From: the human T2T-CHM13v2.0 reference genome, Homo sapiens | NCBI RefSeq assembly: GCF_009914755.1 | Contig: NC_060935.1 | DNA length: 64,000 nucleotides | Direction: 5' to 3' (one strand) | In this document: piece by piece, positions 58,041-64,000 of the stretch | Layout: the number at the start of each line of letters is the position of its first letter | How positions within the stretch are numbered: the stretch's first letter is position 1 | Notes under the pieces: model-generated | Database searches by the model: none | Seen by the model: only the letters and a program-made list of their open reading frames with translations | What the model was told of the DNA's origin: nothing | Made by a program: the position numbers and the translations under genes

Positions 58041-59819
58041 CATCTCGAAAACTTTTGGTGACTGGATTTAGGAGAAGTTATGACCATATGTCATGTACCC
58101 AAGCAACAACACAGCTGGTTGTGAGGTTTGAGCACGGAGGGTAGCAGGGCATATTTAGGGTATGAGGGGGATTGTGAAGGGGATCCCTGTCCTGTGGAGG
58201 AGTGAATGAATGCCTGACCCTTTAGTTATGGAAAGAGGCAGGTGTGAGTCTCTGAGATCTTTCCTGCCCTTTGCTCTTGTTTCTCTTTTTGAATGAGAAA
58301 CACAGAGTGCCATCCTAAAGCGTCCAGAAGTGTCACCCATGAAATGCTATGGGAAAATCCTATGTCTCAACCACAGTGGCCAGATTGTGCCCACGTCTCC
58401 CATTTCTCCCCCAACAAAACCCCCAAACACTGGAGCCAAGAGGAGAGCTAGATGCCTGTACCCAGTATTGTCCTTACATCTGGGCAATGGGGCCCCTGTG
58501 CCAAGCCACAGCCCTCAGACGGTCTTTTGTTTAAAGTGCTGCCCTGAAAGATGGTTTCCCTCTGGGCTCTGGGACTGTCTGGGCTCCTCTAGGCAGGTTA
58601 CTCTGAGACAAGACAGCAACTTTCCTAGGCCTTTGAAGATCTCCAGTCCCATTTTCCCCCTTTGGGGTGCTTTGTAACCCTCTAGCTTGTGCATGGGGAG
58701 GTGGTCATCCAGATGTCCTAGGAGTTCTAGTACTTGAGTTATGGGGTTGTTCAAGGGCCCTTTGGCAGCTCCAGTTTCAGGATGGTGGCCTTGTTGGCGG
58801 AATATTCCTACTGGCAGGCATGATATTTCTTTTGTAAGATTGGGCTACCAGAACTGTGCTCATGTTGTTTATATTCACCTCCCACTCCTAGAGGTGGCCC
58901 CAAGATCAAGATCCACAGATCAAGATCCACAGATCAAAGAGCACTGGGGGCTTGAATCAACTCCTGGGCTGGGAAGGGAGGGGTAGACAGAGGAGCTTGA
59001 GGAGAGAGTGGAGGGAAGCCAATTTCCTCTGTTCTTCTTTTCACTGTGTCCATGATTGAAGGCTGGCTTTTCTGAGTCTCTGACACCAGAGTTTGCCTCA
59101 GGCTTGTGGGAGGTGAGACATCATCAGGTACTTTCCAAGTGGAGGAAAAAAATGAATGCCTGAGAGTGGATGTACCCACTGGGCAGGGACGTGGCTTCTT
59201 AACTTTCCTCAGGGAACTCAACCAAAGTGTGTTTCAGGACCACCCTGAGTTGTCCTGTTTTTTGTTGTTGCTGTTGATGATGATGGGTGAGGTTTCTAGG
59301 GATGGGACTTCTATACGCTCTATTTCACCCTGTAAACTATAAGCATGCTTCAGAACAGGCTGCTGGGCCACCTCCCCAGACACCTCCTGAGTGCAGTCTT
59401 GAGGTTCTCTCCACACCATTCACCTTTGAACTTTGCTGCACTCATCACAATATTTAATTAATCTAGAAAACATATTTGTGGTTTACAATTTATTTTCTTC
59501 ACTAGATTATGAACTCTTCAAGGACAGGGACTGTCTGCCTCATTCCCAGTTGACTAGAACAGTGTTTGGCACAAGGCAGATGCTTGGTAAATATTCTCAA
59601 ACAATTAAATAAATTATTTCATCACAGCACTTTTATTTGTTGGGGTGTTTGCCCATGTGCAGTCTCTATGCTATGCCTTTAAAATTCTTAGGTCCTGGTT
59701 ATGTTGGAGGAAACCTCTCGTATGATGCTAATGTTTCCTTCCCTGAAAGGGTCTCCTGAGCTGGCATTGGCTTTCCGGTTAGCCCAGTTCCACTAATACC
59801 CACTGACTGTGGAGCTTTG

Positions 59820-60040
59820 GTGTGTAGGCTTTGGAGTCAGAAAGACCTGGGTTTGAATCCTGGCCCGGCCATTTGCTAGCCATGACTTCAGGCAAGTTAT
59901 TAACCTTCCCAAACCTTAGTTTCCTCATCTGTAAAACAAGGACAATAACATCTACTTCATAGGGTATTCTGGTTGCACAGAGTAAAAGTGATACTATGTG
60001 TAAAACAGCATACTGGCTGACATACTGTAAATGCTACAAT
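59820..60040 (+). mobile_element. MIR SINE
   Basis: GGCTTTGGAGTCAGA...GGGTTTGAATCCTGGC...AGTTTCCTCATCTGTAAAA. Confidence 0.85.
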
Positions 60041-61109
60041 TGTTAATATTATTTCCTCAGGTCCTGCTGAGCACCTGGTTCTATAATAACCACTACACAA
60101 AGAAGAACAAGATAATCCCCTGATCTAGATAAGAAATGGCTTAAGCACCAGACCTGGGTGTGAGGGTGAGGAAACCTGGCCTTCAGACCTCAAATCTTGG
60201 AGCAGAGTCTCTTGGTAAGAGCAAGAGTCTAAAAACTGGGGATCCAGGCTACAGGCAGGGGAGGCTGGAGCAGCCCCTGAGCTGCAGATTCCTTTAATAA
60301 ATTCTTGAGACAGATATAGTGGGAGGGCGGTGTGGAGACCTGGTCAGATGCTATTCTCAAGGAGTTCGGGATCTTTTAAAGGAGACTAACATGTAAGCAA
60401 ACAATAACATAAACAGGGATAGGCGTATGGGCAGAGTACAGAGGAAGCACAGAGAAGAGAATGACTAATTGCCAGGGGCTGGGTGGAGGGTGTGGTAGGT
60501 GTGGAGGAACCAAGGAAAACCTCAGAGAAGAAAAGCCCAGGATGATTTGGGAGGATGAGATGGAATTTAGTGGGGGTGGAGACTGGGGGAAGGTGAGGTG
60601 GGGGTGGAGGGTTGGGACATAAAATGAAGAAATGAAACAGAATGGTATGTTTGGGTGTCTTTAAGGTTCTGTAATGATTAGGGTTTTATCTGGACTGTCT
60701 GGGTGGATGGGCTAAGCTGGAGGGGCATTTTGGAATACTCCTCCAGTGGCCCAGTCCTTCAACAGCCCTGGCCCATATTTCTTTGCAGAGCATGGGTCCC
60801 ACTCTGCAGCATGAAGCAGGCGACCATGGTCTCTGGGCCCCCCACCACTCCCCATTCTCCTCGTCTGGATGGGCTCTGTAGGGATGCTGGTTTTGGAGTC
60901 TTCCAGACCTCCACTATTTGCCAGTTGTGGGGTACTGAGAAAATAATCTGAATTTTCTAAATCTCAGCTTCCTGATTTGTAAGACAGGGGTAAAACTTGT
61001 GCACACCCTGAAAGGGCTGTTGTAATAAGGAAATTAAATAATTCATATAAAAGATCTAGTGCAGAGACTGCTACATAACATAGAGCCAATGTACATTTGC
61101 AAGCATCTC

Positions 61110-61560
61110 TTATTCATTTGTTCATTCATTCATTCATTTGCACATGCCTTAGTTCGCCATTTCTCCAGTGCCTATGATGTGTCAGACCTTGGGGACGCAG
61201 GGGTGAACAAGACCCAGCCCCCATCTATGAGAAGCCTGTGTTGAGTGTGTAGGGGAGAGCAGATGAAGAGGTGGTCACTGTACTGTGTGACAGGCTATGG
61301 CAGAGGCATGCACAGCACTGGTGGGAGCTCAGAGGAAGGGCACAACCATGATGATGACTAAATGTTGAGGAGTGACCCCAGTTCCCAGAAGACAAATCAG
61401 GACCAGCTCTAAAAGTCAAGTCAAGACCATTAGTCCTTACCCTAAAGGCCATAGAAAACTATTGAAAACTCTCAAGCAGTGGAGAGACCTGGTCCTGTCT
61501 GCAATCGGTAAGGTCATTCTAGCACCAGTCAGAGCAGTAGAGAAGCCACAGGGCTCCAGG
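61110..61560 (-). mobile_element. L2 LINE 3' fragment
   Basis: (TTCA)n terminus and GGGTGAACAAGAC. Confidence 0.55.
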
Positions 61561-61887
61561 TGGGGAATAACAAGTTACTATCAAGGGACTAGGGACCCTA
61601 GTGAGGTTTGAGAGCCATGATTTACTGTAGCAGGGCAGGGAGAGTGCTGGGCTGATGGAAGCTTGCAGTCACGGTTTGGGATATCAGAAGTCTTTTAAGG
61701 AGAATTCAATGTATTTCTCAAAAAAGGAAAACATTAAAGAATGGGAGAATCAATTTTGTCCCTCCCATTTTACTTATTTTTAAAAATGACACTTCAGCTA
61801 AGGCTAGGTAGAATATTATTCATCTGAATTGACTTCTCCCAGATCTAGCTAAGATAATTTTTTATTTAAATAGCCTGTATATAAATA

Positions 61888-63165
61888 AATTGGGGAAATG
61901 ACACCCTATCCATTCAATGGTGCTGGGAAAACTGGAAAGCCACATGTAGAAGAATGAAACTGGATCTTCATCTCTCACCTTATATAAAAATCAACTCAAG
62001 ATGGATCAAAGACTTAAATCTAAGACCTGAAACCATAAAAATTCTAGAAGATAACATTGGAAAAACTCTTCTAGACATTGGCTTAGGCAAAGAATTCATG
62101 AATAAGACCCCAAAAGCAAGAGCAACGAAAACAAAAGTAAACAAATGGGACCTAATGAAACTAAAAAACTTCTGCACAAAAAAGTAAATAATCAGCAGAA
62201 TAAACAGACAACCCACAGAATGGGAGAAAATATTTTTAATCTATGCATCTGTCAAAGGACTAATGTCTAGAATCTACAAGGAAGTCAAACAAATCAGCAA
62301 GGTAAAACCAAATAATCCTATCAAAAAGAGGGCAAAGAACATGAATAGATAATTCTGAAAAGAAGAGATACAGACAGCCAACAAACATATGAAAAAGTGC
62401 TCTACCTCACTAATTACCAGGGAAATGCAAATTAAAACCACAGTGAGATACCACCTTACTCCTGCAAGAATGGCCATAATTAAAAAGTTAAAAAAAAAAG
62501 ATGCTGGTGTGAATGTGGTAAAAGAACATTTATACACTGCTGATAGGAATGTAAATTAGTACAACCTCTATGGAAAACAGAAAGGAAATTCCTTAAAGAA
62601 CTAAAAGCAGAGCCACCATTTGATCCAGCAATCTCACTACTGGGTATCTACCCAGAGGAAAAGAAATCATTATGTGAAAAAGACACAGGCGTATGCATAT
62701 TTAGAGCAGTGCAATTCACAATTGCAAAGATATGGAACCAACCTAAGTGTGCATCAACTGAGTGGTTAAAGAAAGTGTGGTGTATATACACCATGGAATA
62801 CTACTCAGCCATAAAAAGGAATGAAGTAATGTCTTTTGCAGCAACTTGGGTAGCGCTGGAGGCCATTATTCTCAGTGAAGTAACTCAGGAATGGAAAACC
62901 AAATACAGTGTGTTCTCACTTATAAGTGGGAGCTAGCCTATGAGATGCAAAAACATAAGAATGATATAATGGACTTAGGGAATTGGGGCCAGAAGGTTGG
63001 GAGGAAGGTGAGAAATAAAAGACTACATATTCAGTACAGTGTGCACTGCTTGGGTGATGGGTGCAGTAAAATCTCAGAAATCACCACTAAAAACATATCC
63101 TTGTAACCAAAAAACACCTGTACCCCCAAAACTGTTGAAATAAAAATAGAAGTTAATTAAAAAAT
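61888..63165 (+). mobile_element. L1PB-type 3' portion
   Basis: ORF2 end ([11 protein letters not shown]...; WNQPKC) and 3' UTR AAATCTCAGAAATCACCACTAAA. Confidence 0.9.
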
Positions 63166-63175
63166 ATAGCCCATA

Positions 63176-63663
63176 CAGGCCCACCTTGTCCTATCAACAT
63201 TAACAGGAGTTTGGAAGAAGTTGATTCAAACCCTCATGGATGACTTTGAGAGGTTCAAGACTTCAATGGTGGAAGTAACTGCAGATGTGGTGGAAATAGC
63301 AAGTGAACTTCATGTCATTGCACTTCACAGATACTGTGCCTTTTGGAAATTGAAGGTTTGAGGCAACCCTGCATCAAGCATGAGCTGACAGAAGTTTGCA
63401 GTCAGAGTTGGGGATCTCTCAAAATGTATTTCTCAGTCTATTTGTGCCATATTTCCAACAGCATGTGCTTACTTCATATCTCTGTGTCACATTTTGGTAA
63501 TTCTCATAATATTTTAAACTTTTCATTACTATTATATCTGTTATGGTGATCTGTGATCAGTAATCTTCGATGTTACCACTGTAATTGTTTGGGGGCACCA
63601 CAAGCCATGCTCATATACAACAGCAAACTTAATTGATAAATGCGTGTGTGATGACTGCTCCAC
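63176..63663 (+). mobile_element. Tigger1 5' portion, rearranged
   Basis: TA-CAGGC terminus; AAATTGAAGGTTTG.GGCAACCCTGC; GTGTCACATTTTGGTAATTCTC. Confidence 0.85.
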
Positions 63664-64000
63664 TATTGGGAACAGGCCCCCAAATCTGGCCATAAACTGG
63701 CCCCAAAACTGCCCATAAATAAAATCTTTGCAGCACTGTGACATGTTCATGATGGCCATGATGCCCATGCTGGAAGGTTGTGGGTTTACCAGAATGAGGG
63801 CAAGGAACACCTGGCCCACCCAGGGCAGAAAGCTGCTTAAAGGCATTCTTAAACCACAAATAATAGCATGAGTGATCTGTGCCTTAAGGACATGCTCCTG
63901 CTGCAGATAACTAGCCAGACCCATCCCTTTACTTTGGCCCATCCCTCTATTTCCCATAAGGAATACTTTTAGTTAACCTATAATCTATAGAAACAATGCT
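63664..64000 (+). mobile_element. MER9 (HERV-K HML-3) LTR, runs off the window
   Basis: TTGGGAACAGGCCCCCAAATCTGGCCATAAACTGGCCCCAAAACT. Confidence 0.88.

Overview
Primate (human-like) intergenic DNA, dense in Alu, L1, L2, MIR, LTR and DNA-transposon fossils. I see no intact protein-coding gene, structural RNA gene or CRISPR array. Three gene remnants are visible. (1) A spliced, decayed TM4SF/L6-family gene on the - strand: three exons at 7769-7950, 3207-3272 and 567-707 match TM4SF1-type exon boundaries; exons 2-3 carry broken splice sites, a stop and frameshifts. It does not match any of the six TM4SF proteins I recall, so it looks like a lost family member. (2) A more speculative, heavily decayed multi-exon gene on the + strand (about 15.2-36.2 kb) encoding repeated EF-hand-type modules, head-to-head with (1). 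(3) An HPRT1 processed pseudogene on the - strand, split by a 7.2-kb two-LTR ERV1 (MER92-like) provirus with a 4-bp TSD. From memory, HPRT1 pseudogenes map to human 11q21 near HEPHL1/VSTM5, which may be this locus (unverified). Repeat names come from recalled consensus sequences, and boundaries are approximate unless a TSD is quoted.
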